A stretch of 64,000 bases of DNA, taken from positions 198,874 through 262,873 of the forward strand of contig QPGO01000029.1 in NCBI GenBank assembly GCA_008632985.1, in the 5' to 3' direction. The DNA comes from Psammoneis japonica (Eukaryota). How positions within the stretch are numbered: position 1 is the stretch's first letter; every line of letters begins with the position of its first letter. Shown here in pieces: positions 16,331 to 29,311 of the stretch. A program made the translations under genes and the position numbers. The notes beneath the pieces were generated by a model. It had not been told where the DNA came from. It was given only the letters and a program-made list of their open reading frames with translations, and did not search any database.

Positions 16331-17074
16331 TCAGCTTCCCTCATGTCCGTCTACCCACTTCACATTAATTCCGCAACCACTGGCAATCATCATGTTTGCA
16401 ACAGGACATCTCGCTTCTGTCTGCTCGGACAATAGTTCAAGTTGCTCGGCAGATATCGGCGCGTTCCGTCTTGCGTAAACACGAATTATTCCCGACACAG
16501 ACTGCAAGCGGGCGGGAATGCTAGGTAGACTTTCAATGGGTAATTCTAGTGCCCCTCGTTCGTCCCGACACGCGGATACATCAAACTCAATCTTTTCAAT
16601 CAATAGTCGAGGCTTCATTTGTCGGCCAACAAAGATAGCAGTAGCTTGAGTACAACCAAGAAATGCCCCGAGGAGCATTTCAACCGGTTGTGGAGCCGAA
16701 TCTTTCCCTCCCATCTTTTTCGGCACGTCAGTCCTCAACTGGTGGCCAGTGCTTGTCAACATTTCTACTGCGCTATTTTGTCCTATTCCCGATATCTGAT
16801 ATGATTTAGTAAACTCTTCTGGTATTTCATGACCACCGCTGGTACCAAATAGACTTTTCCCGAAAACTCTTGGCTGCGAATTACGGAAGATATGATTTAC
16901 AGAATGACGCTTCACCGTTGACTTGGACTTGTGAAGGAAACCCGCCGACGAGTACCCTATCCTCGTCGCAATTACAGTCGAAAAAATCATGAACAGTTTG
17001 AGACACGAGCTTTCTCCCCATACCGGTATGTGCTCGGTCATTGACACCGCAGTATATACCAACGATACCTTCAC
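16331..17074 (-). CDS. OsmC/Ohr-like protein with probable organellar presequence (start uncertain)
   Basis: TDVPKKMGGKDSAPQPVEMLLGAFLGC and EARCPVANM, the two-Cys OsmC signature. Confidence 0.8.
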   Translation of the reverse strand: MKVSLVYTAVSMTEHIPVWGESSCLKLFMIFSTVIATRIGYSSAGFLHKSKSTVKRHSVNHIFRNSQPRVFGKSLFGTSGGHEIPEEFTKSYQISGIGQNSAVEMLTSTGHQLRTDVPKKMGGKDSAPQPVEMLLGAFLGCTQATAIFVGRQMKPRLLIEKIEFDVSACRDERGALELPIESLPSIPARLQSVSGIIRVYARRNAPISAEQLELLSEQTEARCPVANMMIASGCGINVKWVDGHEGS

Positions 17075-17426
17075 TCTGTTGGCTCAACAGATGAGCTTGA
17101 TCAAGAGTGAGCTGTGGGCAACATGCATGCATTTCATTCATTTTTCACTCTTTCCCACATACCTAGCACAAACGCTCATAAAACATAGATGGCCCAAAAC
17201 GTGCTGCGCATCGCGGCGCCGCGCGATGCGCATCACAGTGCGCGCGTGTCTGCGCGACGCCGGCCAACGCAAAACGCAACACACAAAATGGCGGTCGGCG
17301 TTCCCACGCTGTTCTGCCAACAACTATTAGCAACAAAGGCAAACATCCCCATATTCCGCCTCACCTGGCAGTGTCGAATAATTCTTTACTTGTATAGACT
17401 TCTAACGTCGAAAGTACAACTGAATT

Positions 17427-17958
17427 ATGGTGTTTTACGAGAGTGTAATGACGGTCAAAAATACGGCACGTAAGTTTTCCTTTCCGACGTGCAGTCAACT
17501 TGACCTCGTCTCTGCGCTCGTTGCTTCTCTATTATTGTCCTAACAGTACGTCTGTCTTTCTCTTTCTTTCAGATTTTGCTGAACTCACCCATCTCATGAA
17601 ACAGGTGTCGCTTAGGGTCGTTGAGGGCGGTGGAATTGTTCGTAGCATTCAGAACCACGGGATCCGAGATTTGCCGCATCGATTCCGTGCCAAGTACGCT
17701 GACAAGGAGGGGAATCGATATTACAAAACGGGTCGTTTCGTTTCTGTTTTCTATGATGCTAATCCGAATGTAATGAGACAGGTCGAGGGGATTTTAAAGA
17801 TGGATGAGCAGGTATTGAGAAACACCCATCTCAAGGCAAGAAACAAGCTCTGGTATGTCAACATTGCACGAGAAGATCGCAATCCATACATTCAAAAAGT
17901 TCTTGAAATGGAAGCTGCAGAAGCAGAAGCGAAAAAGGCAACACAAAATCCCAATTGA
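17427..17958 (+). CDS. Ribosomal protein bS6 (mitochondrial type); intron about 17470-17572
   Basis: Exon 1 MVFYE followed by GTAAG donor. Exon 2 GGIVRSIQNHGIRDLPHRF...DEQVLR. Confidence 0.8.
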
Positions 17959-19167
17959 AGCAAGTGCATTCTTCTCGGTCGTCACTGTTAGCTCGTCGGA
18001 GAAAGGCTTCTTCAGACTTTGCTACGACAAAAGAATTAAGCTCATGTCAGAAGATTTCTCTATCATAAAGCGCACGATATAGCTTTTACCTTATTCTTCT
18101 TTTGGATCTTTCTGACCAATTTGGCGTCGTTTCAAAGGTCAACGTTTCCGGAATGCCTTACCAAAACTCTTCGTTCGCGTCATCATCCGGAAGCACCTCT
18201 CCCTCGTGGTCACACCTTTGACACTAAAGAAAAAAATTGGTGTGCGGCATCTTAGATGGCTAGCTCTACAGGTGGAGCCCTAGCTACTTCTACCTACCAG
18301 AACTACCAATAGAGCATTGGTGCATCCACACACTGCTAGGCCCTACCGGTACAAGCTGGGTATGAGAAGCGGCGACCTACCCCTCCCCAAGTCGTGCCAT
18401 AACAACTAACCACAGTCAGGTGCTAAAACCCAGAGCTACCATGTACGACAAATGTATCGCGGGGCAAAGGAACTCGGCGCCAATCGCCACACCCGCAATC
18501 TCAGTAATGGAACGTTTAAGAGCAAGGCTCATCTCCACATCCAGACTCAACCGAGAAAAATGAGATCGATTCGACTTGTTGTGGATCGCTATCCCACGCA
18601 GAAAGTTGGTCATAAAAGATTCGTGCAGTTCCAAGCTTGGAGCTAACCCGTCGCGAAAGCTTAAACAGGAACCGGTGGTCTGTCGAACTTAGACAGCCAA
18701 ACCACTTCACGATCGTTGAATTGCCAACCTTTGCCAATGTTGAGATGGTAGATGGTAGAACATCTGCACCCTTCCTGACTGAGGAGAGAACAAGCTCAAG
18801 TCCCCGTCTCGTCTCAAAGCGGGTGACGTGCAACTGAATTCCGAAGGGAAGCTCGCCACTGCCAAGGCGACGTTTTCAGGATTGCTCAGAAAGGGCCTTC
18901 GGGCCGGGTGATGCCGCGTCAAGAGGTCCAAGATCGGCAATCAACCGCTGTTCAGCCAAGCCAGACAGTGGCTCGATGATTCCAGACTTCGGGAGCGAAT
19001 CGGAGGAAGAGTCCGCCTTCATTCTCGACAACCAGGTTACCATTCGCGAAAATGATGGTCTCCAACAATGATGCACGCTCTAGCTAGAGGTAGAGCAGAT
19101 CATATGAACCCTTTGGTTTTGATATCAAAAGTATTATAATTACTGGCATACATTTAAAAGCAATCAT

Positions 19168-20121
19168 TCAATACAGTTTCGTGTCAAACAATGTCCTTGT
19201 CAAAAGCTGAGACATTTGGGGATGAGAGGGAATATTTTTGTGAGTCGTATCCACTGATGGAGGTTCTTTCTCACATGGTAGCGGTGTCGCCTCCTGAATA
19301 TCAACATAATCGCTCAATTTACGCCTCAAGACTCTCCGTATTGTAAACAGATACGCACAGAGACCGGTCGCTATGCCAATCACAGTGAAGGTAATGTAGT
19401 ATGATGCATAAGAATCACTGTCGTCGCCGTCTTGTACAAAACCGAAAATGAGTCCCAAATTTACCAGGTGCAGCAGCATCAGGAGCCAGCCAGACCGAAT
19501 CAGTCTCTTCCTTCGCTGCTTTGCTTCAAGCCCAGAATAGATAGCACTCTTGGGTTTTCCTGGAACGTACATGACAGAATCAAGATGATCTCCAATTCGA
19601 AGCCAGTCGTATTCCGACTTGTGCACATGGAAAATCTTCAAGTACGAACGACCATCGATTCTGTATTTCACTAGCAAATGGTGCGACTTTCTCCACTGAA
19701 GCTTGAAACGCTTGGAGATCTTTTGCAAGACTTCAGCACCATCTTCGACTCGATTCGTAAAAATCTTTCTTAAATTTCGTTCTGCCCTCATCATAATGAT
19801 GACCAGCGGAAAGAAAACTTCTTGAACAGCGCAGGTTGCCGTCCCGAGGAAATAGAGTGCACCAACCGAACCGACAAAGATCATAATTGCGTGAAGTATC
19901 TCCAGGAATACACATATAGCGACAACGATGGTTCTTCGACGCCTTTCCGTGGACAGAGCATGAGCCAATTGACTATCGCGTTCCTCTTCGTTGACTACGA
20001 TTGCAACAGCATCTGCCTCTGGGATAACATCATCATCACACGGCATGTAGCCATTCTCGTCAAGAAACTTTTTGATTTCTTCATCCGAAAATGAATTCCC
20101 CACAGGATGAAGCTCTGCCAT
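19168..20121 (-). CDS. Hypothetical multi-pass membrane protein
   Basis: Intact 317-aa ORF with about four hydrophobic segments flanking a soluble loop (YVPGKPKSA). Normal TpA content. Confidence 0.6.
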   Translation of the reverse strand: MAELHPVGNSFSDEEIKKFLDENGYMPCDDDVIPEADAVAIVVNEEERDSQLAHALSTERRRRTIVVAICVFLEILHAIMIFVGSVGALYFLGTATCAVQEVFFPLVIIMMRAERNLRKIFTNRVEDGAEVLQKISKRFKLQWRKSHHLLVKYRIDGRSYLKIFHVHKSEYDWLRIGDHLDSVMYVPGKPKSAIYSGLEAKQRRKRLIRSGWLLMLLHLVNLGLIFGFVQDGDDSDSYASYYITFTVIGIATGLCAYLFTIRRVLRRKLSDYVDIQEATPLPCEKEPPSVDTTHKNIPSHPQMSQLLTRTLFDTKLY

Positions 20122-23067
20122 TACGGCTCAGGGATGTTAGCGATTGCAAGAATAGTTCTTAATGAGATCAATGATTGCTGTTCCTTTTAGATGGTACTTC
20201 CTTCAATGACACGCCCAAGTTCGCCTGTTTCTGTTATCTGCGAAAAAACGTGTCGATCGCCGCGTAAGACTTGGTAGGTTTTCTACGGGCAAGTGATGGC
20301 ACGACTCAGGTGTTGCGGACCGCACTGGGACGGAATGATTCATTCGAAGTCTGCCTCAGCCAGTCACACCACCAGCACAAAGTGTCAATCAATCAGTCTT
20401 CTGGATTGTCCAGTTTGCAGGTTGGATGGATGGCATCCTTGGTGCAACCCACGCCACCCCATCTCCTGGCAGTGGTTGCAGCGAAGTCTGGCTGGCACCA
20501 GCTGTTGGCATTTCCACAGACCCTCGCTTTGCTCCAACACGGCGTTTGTCTGTGACAACTTCATGGAGAGTCCAGCCACACACTGGCTGTCAGCACTTTG
20601 TGATGGATCCTGCAAGTGTGTTTGTCTCAGCTGCATCATTTGACCTTGCCGCCTGCTGCATTCATTGAATCTCCTCCCACACACAATGCAGTCTCACCCT
20701 GCTGGCGAATGCCGCCAATGTGCCCTGAGCTGTGCTGGAGCTCACACATCTTGTTTGTCACAGTTGAGAGTGCTGTGTCTCATTGTTCTCATCATTGCTC
20801 TCATCAGCAATGAAAGTTTCTACCTTTGCCCTCATGTCTGCCCAGTCATCACCAGCATGTTGTTGTCTTTTGCTCCTGGCAACTTTGTCTTTGCCTTCTT
20901 TCTTGATTGTCGTCATTGACGGGCTTGTTGGTCTTGGCAGACCATCCCCCTTGGCAGCACCTCATTTTGTCATTGTCACTCTCTTTTTTTCTTTGGTGCT
21001 CTGTGAACAGCTTTGCAATGCAGAAACCTGTGTGCGACATTTAAGAAGTGATGGCAAACAAGCAGCACAGCTCTCTGACACCTTTGGTGACTCTCCAACA
21101 AGACGAGTTGCTTGTCTCAAGTTTGGTGCCACTCATGACTGTTGGTTGCACTTGATGTGTGCACCAACAATGGCTGGCATGATGCTGTTGTGCAAGGACA
21201 CCAAGACCCCTTCTTTGGGGCTGTGGCTGTTTGCTGCTCAGACCCTTTTTCTTCTCAAGCAACACGTGCCTGAGACATCAACAAGAACTCTTGGCGCAGT
21301 GGTGCCCAGCTTGATCTCCCAAGATGCACCAAGCTGCAAACAAACCATGTGCATGCAGGTGAGCCAATGAGCTTGTCATGCAAACTTTTGGATCCTTGTG
21401 GTGGTGAACACAGAGACTGTTGTGTGCCCCCAACTCTCTGCTTTCCCTTTTTCCTTGACAAAGGTTGTAAGAAACAGCGCTGCTTTTGGCCAGCTCCCAA
21501 GAATGTTCAGTTTCTCCCCACACACACACACACACACACACCACCACCACCACCATTGTGGGTGACACTCAGGCAGCATGCAGCTGACCCCAACACCCAC
21601 TTTGCAACCCACCAGCATGTGCGACAATGTCTCCTCATTCACAAAGTCATTGCATGAGCAGACACCAAGCCAAACAGAGACATTGACAGGTCAGCTTCTT
21701 TGCTGTCTTCTTGCTGCTGTCAATTTTTGAATGCTTGCCAGGATCTCTTGAGCCAATGACAGGCCCGTGTTTCTTGCAAAGCACATTTGCTTTGAACCTC
21801 TTTTAAACACTGCCCAAGCTGGACCTGTCAGGCTGTTTTTTGCACCGGCAGCTTGTTGTTCTCAGCTGCTTCAATCAACTCATCCTTTCTCCCCTCTGGC
21901 AGTGTTTTTGTGTGGTTTTGCAGAAGTTTGTTGAAGACATCATCTCTTGCAAAAACTCCCCCGAGTTTCTGTTGCCCCTCCCCCCACTGTTGGTTGGCAC
22001 GCTCTTTGCCAATCTTTCTCAATGGTGCAAGAGCTCCATTTCAGTCTTTAGAGTGCCCCCCTGGATGCACCAACATTTTTTCTTTGTCAAACATGTGCAA
22101 CTCTTTCAGCACATGGGTCACCATTTGCCTGCCTCAACCCACAATGAACTTTGGGAGAGAGCATCTCTGGCATGTGCCTGAGGGATGAATGGTCTGAGTT
22201 GGGTGCTGATGTCTGAGAATTTCTGATGTGCTAACATGGAAAATTCAACTTCTGTTTGAATGATCACTCAACTTGTCAATCTGCACCACATGGTGCTGGT
22301 GGCCAACCAACAGCGGTGCAATCTCAACCCCACAATCCCAGGAAAAACTCACCCACCAGCTGGGTTTTTGTTGTCTTTTGGTGGCAACACTCCACCCAGT
22401 CATCTGCTGAACCCCACATCTGTTGAGAAACTCACCTGTTGGTTGTTTTGCTTGCCTGCAGCAACACTCTCTTCCCAATCATCTGCTGGAATCCCCACAA
22501 CCAGCAATGAGCTCCCATCTCATGTGCAAGATGTCAAAAAGTGTCCTGCTTGTGGTGGCAAGCTTTGTCATGGAAGACTGGCTCATCACCTGCATCACAA
22601 CATCAGGTGCAGATTGGAGTTTTTGTCTTTTGGCAAACCTTGCACATTTTCCAACAGTCTGTCACCAACAACTCTCACCACAGCTCTGGTGCTCCAATGG
22701 GGAAGATGTTTCTGAGAGGAGTTTTGGGGGCAAATGTTCTGATGTGACAGCAGCTCCCACTGTTTGCAATCAACAACCAACTCCACCCAGTCATGCAGCC
22801 CTGGTCTTTCCAATTGAATTTCCAACAATGAGCTGAGATGGGTGGTCCCAGCAACAGCTCTTTCTGCAGTGGTGTGGACTCTGTTTCCCAAACTGATGCA
22901 CCCAGCAATTCCCACCAAGCCCACTTGGCAATGGTTGAGTCTCAATGCAACCATGTTGACTGTGAGGGGGGGTCCACAGCCACTCTGTTGGATTGCAGGG
23001 AATTTTCTTTGCCTGAGTTGGCCTGAGGAACACAACAGCAAAATGACAGCTGTGGCCTGGATGTGGA

Positions 23068-23081
23068 TGTTGTTGTTGTTG

Positions 23082-23121
<40 letters not shown>

Positions 23122-23222
23122 GCTGTTGCTGCTGCTGTTGCTGTTGCTGCTGCTGTTGCTGTTGCTGTTGTTGTTGCTGTTGTTGTTGTTGTTGCTGTTG
23201 TTGTTGTTGTTGTTGTTGTTGT
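23068..23222. repeat. Compound (GTT)n/(GCT)n microsatellite
   Basis: Directly visible; produces spurious poly-C/L/N/T ORFs. Confidence 0.95.
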
Positions 23223-23232
23223 CAACCACAGT

Positions 23233-23508
23233 TGTTGGACTTTCATGGCTTGCTGACCAGTGTGCATTTGGTCTCACAGACTCCTGACTTGTTGCTTGTT
23301 GCATGGCTTGCAAACACATTGCCATTGCTGTTGATCACTGTTGCCACATCAGCCGGGTGCAGAAAGTAAAAAGTGAGCACAAGACCCACAACTCAAACTA
23401 AGCTGCCAATGCAAATTCACCACATCATCCACAATCATCAGCATGTCTTTCCCCACAATGTTGTCTGTCTGTCCTGTGAAAACTGCCTCTCACCCCAATG
23501 TTCCAATG
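23233..23508. repeat. LTR-like repeat, copy A (related to 25311-25552; partial third copy at about 23786-23889)
   Basis: Starts TGTTGGA and shares blocks with copy B (ctcctgact, ttgcaaacacattg, aaaaagtgagca..agacccacaactcaaac, accccaatgttccaa). Confidence 0.65.
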
Positions 23509-23994
23509 CTTCTCTTCAACACATCCAGGTTCCCTGCATTTCCCACAATGGTCCCATCATCTGTTTGTGGGCATGCACAAATTGTGGAGCACAGTGCATG
23601 CTGCAACTTGAGGCTGTCTGAACTTGCTGGCCATTCTCAAGGACAACACCCAGACCATGATGCCAAATTCTCACAATGCAAGAGGAAAGCTGGACATTGG
23701 AACTGCAAGCTTGTCCTTCTGGTGAAGCTCATTGTGTGGCGCAGTTGGCAGTGCAGCACTGTGAAGATGAAGACACCAAAACAAATGACAAACTCACCAC
23801 ATTGTTCACAATTGTCAGCCTGTCATCTTTCCACCACAACTTTGTCTGTCTGTCCTGCAAAAACTGCCTCGAATCCCAGTGTTCCCACAAACTCCTTTGT
23901 GCAAGCATTTCATTGATTGACCTTGTGCTCATCAAGAAGTGAGCAAGGACAACACTTGGAATCCATGCCACCCAACACCACATCAACCACTCTG

Positions 23995-25000
23995 TCAATT
24001 CCCACAGTCTGCATCATCTGATTTTGCCAACAAATGATCATTGTCAGGGCAATCCATTCTCACATGCCCAACCTCACCACATTTCCAGCATCCAATCAGC
24101 CTTTTTTTGTTCTGTGCAAAACTTGCACCATCAGGTTTCTTGTTTTTGGTCCTGCAAGCATCCAACACCTGCAATGCCTCCTCAACTGAGTTGAAGCCAC
24201 AACATGTCAACCCCCAAGGTGAGCTGCAAACATGGGTCTTTCAAGACGTGCCAATGTTCCGTGGCACCTTCCACTGGCATCACCACCAACAACTTGTTTC
24301 TTTCTTTGTTCTGGGTGTTGTCAGCATCCCTGCTGAACCCATCTTCTTTCTTGGCAATTGCTTCTGGGATGATCCCATCACAAGTTGTTTCTGCTGCTTC
24401 CACCACACTCATGAGCCAACTGCAGTGATCTTGAACAAGTGCCTCTCCTTCATCTTGACAAACAAGTGCCAGCTGCTTTGTCCAAGCCTTGACCATCTGG
24501 ACATGTCTTCTCATTTGCACTGAACAAGATCAACTTGAGAACATCCAGTGGTGCTGCTGCACCCCACTCCTTCATGACTCTAGTTGACTCCATCACTCCT
24601 TTAATTTTGTGATGGACGGCCTGCTGCACACATTGCCCACAACAACATCAAATGCCTTTGCCTTTTGCATCTTGCAGATTGCATTCTGTTTTGCATGGTG
24701 GCTGCATTCCTTGCCTTGGATTGCCTTGTCCTTCTCAGACATGGTGATTCCCGATGGCAAGTGCACTGGCTCTTTTGGGGTTTCTCTCCTGGATGCCAGC
24801 ACCCGCATCTCTGGCCTGGGCATTCTTCCAACATGCTCACCAATCTTCTTTGTGGTTTCCATGCAACCATCTGCATGTCATCCTGACTTGGCAATGGCAT
24901 CATGCACCCACTTCTTTGAATCTTTCATGCTTGTGCACTCAGCTGTGTCCTTGCCCATCTTTTCTGGGGGGGATTGCTTTTGAGTTCCACAGCTCACCAA
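23995..25000 (-). pseudogene. Degenerate Ty1/Copia (CoDi-like) gag remnant
   Basis: Zinc knuckle CWKCGEVGHVRMDC and upstream gag-like segment TTKKIGEHVGR...EMRVL...QKAKAF. Frameshifted. Confidence 0.7.
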
Positions 25001-25310
25001 CAGCTGTGCACTCTGTCTCACCAACCCCAACACAGCTTTTCCACCACACCCTCCTTCAGCAGACCTTTGACAGTTTCTTCAACAGCAAGGCTCTCCAGAG
25101 ATTGCTTCTTTGCCCTCATCCAGCCAGCTTGTTCACTTTGTTTTGCCAACATGAGGCAGACCTCTGGATTCCTGTTGACTTCCCAGCCCACTCCTTTGAA
25201 CTCCTCTTGACTTCCCAGCCCTTTTCCTTTGGTGGATTCCTCTTGACTTCTTCCCAGCCTTCTGACAACACCACTCCTTTGAGTGTCATGTCATGCCTTT
25301 TTGGCTTCTG

Positions 25311-25552
25311 TGTTGGAGTTTTGTGGCTTGCCAACAAGCACACATTCAGTCTCACCAACTCCTGACTCGCCGCGCAGCTTGCAAACACATTGCTGTTGCT
25401 GTTGACCACTGTCACCAGGCTAAAAAGTGAGCATGAGACCCACAACTCAAACCAAGTTACAGTTCCCACATTCTCCACAATTGTCAGTGCATCTTTCCAT
25501 TGCAACTTTGTCAGTCTGTTCTGCAAAAACCACCAACCCCAATGTTCCAACA
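25311..25552. repeat. LTR-like repeat, copy B, 242 bp with inverted termini TGTTGGA...TCCAACA
   Basis: Perfect 7-bp inverted ends with TG..CA, lying upstream of the minus-strand gag remnant. Confidence 0.7.
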
Positions 25553-25859
25553 CATGCTGGATCATGCAGGCTGAGTGCCATGACTGTTGAGACACTCGGG
25601 TCAATGTGTTGAGCATGTGGCACACACCAGAAGGGCCACATGGCTCTGAATGCCACATCAGTCGAGACACACAGGTCAGTGTTTTGAGCATGTGGGGAGC
25701 TTTTGTTTTGGTTTTGGTTTTGTTTTGTTGTGCACCAGTCTGATGCAAAGCTTCACAACAAGCAATGTCCAGGCCACAGCAGCCCTTTGACAATGCAGAA
25801 TGCAGCATGAGGATGCATGCACACTGTGGTGCAAATGTGACCAGCTGTGTCCCCACAAT

Positions 25860-26560
25860 GATTGGGGCACAGCTGTTGGTGTTGGGCGGGCCAGCATTGG
25901 AGCAGCTGATGTCAAATCAGTTGGTGGCACTGGAGTGGTTGGCACTGGAGCACAATTTTGGTGTTTTTGCAGCTGGGTGGCACTGGTGTGGTTGGAGTTG
26001 GGTGCTGCTGGGCCAGCCAGTGCTGAAGACCAGCTGGCGCCAGTGCTGGGCTGGACAAGAACACTGGAGCAATTTTTTGTTGCAGGTCAGCTGGCACCAG
26101 AGCAGCTGCTGGAGTCCAAGCAGTTGGCACTGGAGCAGCTGGCATTGGAGCAGCTGTTGGCAGCTGGCACATTGGGGCAGCCATGGTGGCACAAGAGCAG
26201 CTGGCACATTGGGTGCCAGAGCAGCTGGCATTGGACCAGCTGGTGTGATGTTGGGCCAGCTGGTGCTGGTGTCAGGCTGGCCAGCACTGCAGCAGTTTGT
26301 GTCAGACCAGTCTGCTGCATCCGAGTGCTGGAGTGGCTGGCATTCTTGGGCCAGTTTGTGTTGGAGCAGTTGGCACCAGACACCAGTTGATGTCAGAGCA
26401 GTTGGCATTTTGAGTGGTGGCTGGTGCCAGGCCAGTTGGTGCTGGACCAGCTGGTGCTGGACCAGCTGGCATTTGGGGGTTCTTCATTGGACTGGCTGGC
26501 ACTGGGCTGGTTTGCACTGGAGCAGTCAGCGCTGGAGCAAATGGAATTAGAGCCAGCTGT
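25860..26560. repeat. Degenerate short-period tandem repeat (units like gcagctggcactgga)
   Basis: Recurrent cagctgg/ttggcactgg/gagcag words over about 700 bp. Confidence 0.75.
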
Positions 26561-27948
26561 CACTGGATGACTTGGCATTGAAAAACTGCCATGGTGCCAA
26601 ACAGATGGCCTGTGTGAACAAGGTGCAGGGCAGGAGCAATCTTTGCTGCCCAGACAAGAACAAAACAGGCCACTTCTGCCCTGGAGTGGATGCAGAGGAA
26701 ATGGATGACAACAGCTTGTGTTGTTGCTGTGCAACAAAACACAACTTCTGCCATGAAAGCTCTTGTTCATAAAAAAATTGCTTGTGCCATGACTGATGAC
26801 TGCCTCAACAAATTGGAGCTGAACAAAACACGACTCTTTACAGGAAATTCAGCAGCCAAAACTTTGTTGAAAGGATTTTGTGCACACTGAAATAAAACGA
26901 TCAGTCTCAACAAAGCAGAGTTGAAGAAGATGTGCACTCTCTTCACAGGATGTGTTCAGCACCTGGAACTTCATGTTGAAAGGATTTTGTGCAAAGCTCA
27001 AAAAGGGCAGTGACCACCATCAATGAACTGGAGTCTTTGACAAAATGTGAGTTCTCTCAAACATTCAGCAGCCAAAGGTTCATTGAAAAATTCTTGCATG
27101 CACTTTGAACACAAATGGTCAATCCATGCCATGGAAACTTTGACACAATGTCAACTCTCTTTGTCTGGTGGCTGTGTGCAAATGGAGCAGCTTTGTGAGT
27201 GATTCCCATGTCACCCGTGGATGCATGTGACATGGATGTGATCAAAGCTGATGCACACAATTTCACTCAACAGAGTTTCAAAAATGCAGGCTGGTTTAAA
27301 TTGTTTGTTCATGTGCAGAGTGAACCCTCACAAATTTTTGGATTTGATGATGTGGAGTGTTTCTGGGAAGGTGGGTTTGCAATGACCAGCCAACTTAAAT
27401 GGTTGGGTTGAGCGCAAGCAACCAACATGGCTGTGACAGCAGCCACGTGCAAAGAACTGAACAGAGTGCATGAATGATCAACATCTGGTGGGAAAATGAT
27501 CTCTTCCACAGCTTTGCTGTCTCATGAATTGCAGCATTGCTGCTGAGTGCCATGAGCTGCCAAGCTGACAAAAATGTGAGTGCATTGTTGTTGCCTGGCT
27601 TTCCGACTGAAGAGTGAATGCTGGTTGGACACCACAGTCTCTTGCAAGCAAGAGGAAAAATGCGCAAGTTGCAAGGCTGTTGGGGCCCTGCAGAGCTGCA
27701 ACAACCTGTTGCTGAATTTGAGAAATGCCGCCCCAGCAAAGCTCTGTGTCTGCTGGGGCTGGCAATCCTTGCACCAATTTCTTTGTTTGCCTCAACAAAA
27801 TGGCACAGGGTCTGCGGGAAATCACGGATTGAGGCGAAAAACGCACACAAATCTTGCAGAAATGTGACGAATGCGGGTCTGGTCTCACTTGTCTTACGGA
27901 CGCCTGCCAGGTGGGCCCAAGCTGTCGAAGCCAATTGCATCTACAACA

Positions 27949-29311
27949 TCAGGCTAGAGATTGCAAACTGCGCTGTTTAGAAAAACAGAACAATGCCTGC
28001 AAGCAATCATCATCATCTTTGAGGTTGCCCTTGCTGTCCGAATCGGAGTCCATGTCATCACAGCCGCTGACGTGCTCTCCCGCCGCCGCTGCACGTCCGC
28101 ACTGTGCCTCACGACTGCGCCTCGCTTCCTTCTTGGCAATTGCGGCATCTAGAGGGGACTGACCAAGAAACTTGATCCTTTCAACTGCCTTGCCCTCTTC
28201 TGGTGGCTTCTCCACCACCACCAGCTCCATCGAAAGGAGCATGTGACCTTGCGCCTGCTCCATGGGTTCTTCGTTGACATGAACAAATGCTTCGAGCTTC
28301 CAACCGGCCTTGCTGCTTGCAGAATAAAAATCACTCTCACAGGGGAATGGAAGGCGAACAGTGTGGGGGCGGCAGAGAACCATGCGGCGTTTGCCGTTGC
28401 CAACGGTCTCTTCAATGCCTTGAGACTTGAGCAGCGCCTGTCCGGCTTGCTCGATTCCGCTTTCCTTCAGGACTTGGTCTTCTGTAGAGAGCCTAGAAGC
28501 AAGAACAGATTCGCGCACACGATCCTTCTTAAACATCCAAGAAGGGATGCGCTCATTGATGGTCACCTTGGTGCTGCAATCAGACACCTTCGGGTGCCAG
28601 TGTGACGTGGTGAAAGGCAGAACAAGGACATCCACAGTCACGTGCATGCGCTTGTCGGACGCCGCCCATGGAGACGCTAAGAAAAAGTAGCCACACTCAC
28701 GAGTCATCGCTCCCTTCTTCACAAAGGCGTCTGCCTTCTTGTTGCTCCCCACCTTCTTCTTGCCAGAAGACGAAATCGTAGCAGATGACTTGAACTTTGA
28801 CGCGAGGTCGTTGTTCACGTCTTGGGACTTCTTGGGGGCAGTCTTTGTCTTGCCCGGCACACTGGTGCCAAATTCCTCGTCACTTGAGCACGCGCCTTTG
28901 TCTTCTGAGGATTCGTCTTCGGTTTCCTCTTCCTCGCTCGACTCCTCTTGGTCTTTCACTTCTTCCTCGGCACGTCGCTTGGTGCCTGTGGCAAGTCTTG
29001 CAATCAAAGCAGATGCCGGCAGACGATGGCACGAGCACAAGAACAACAAAACAAGCAAGAATGGCATTGTTGTGGTGCTTGCCTTGCTTCCGCCTGCCTG
29101 CAAGAAGTTCGTCGACTTCCAACTGCTTGCACTTCTTGCGGTGCTGCTGAGCGAAAGTCTGGCACTTCGGAAGGTCACTGAAGTGCTTCTCACATGCCTT
29201 CTTGACGTGTTGCAAGTCAATGAGCTGCGGATCAATCTTGCCAGCTTTGACAAGCTCTGCAAGCCTTTTGTTGTGTTCTTTCGTCCAACGAGCAGAGCTG
29301 CCGTTGCTCAT
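27949..29311 (-). pseudogene. Harbinger accessory ORF (N-terminal helical domain, possibly Myb/SANT-like, then acidic tract); inferred intron 28986-29082
   Basis: Exon 1 MSNGSSARWTKEHNKRLAELV joins in frame to GTKRRAEEE through a GCAAGC..CAG intron. Lies inside the TIRs. Confidence 0.65.

Noticed and set aside
18416..19076. Possible small gene between bS6 and the membrane protein
   Set aside because: Only short ORFs with no recognisable motif or convincing exon structure.
22791..23369. Poly-Cys, poly-Leu, poly-Asn and poly-Thr proteins
   Set aside because: These are translations of a microsatellite.
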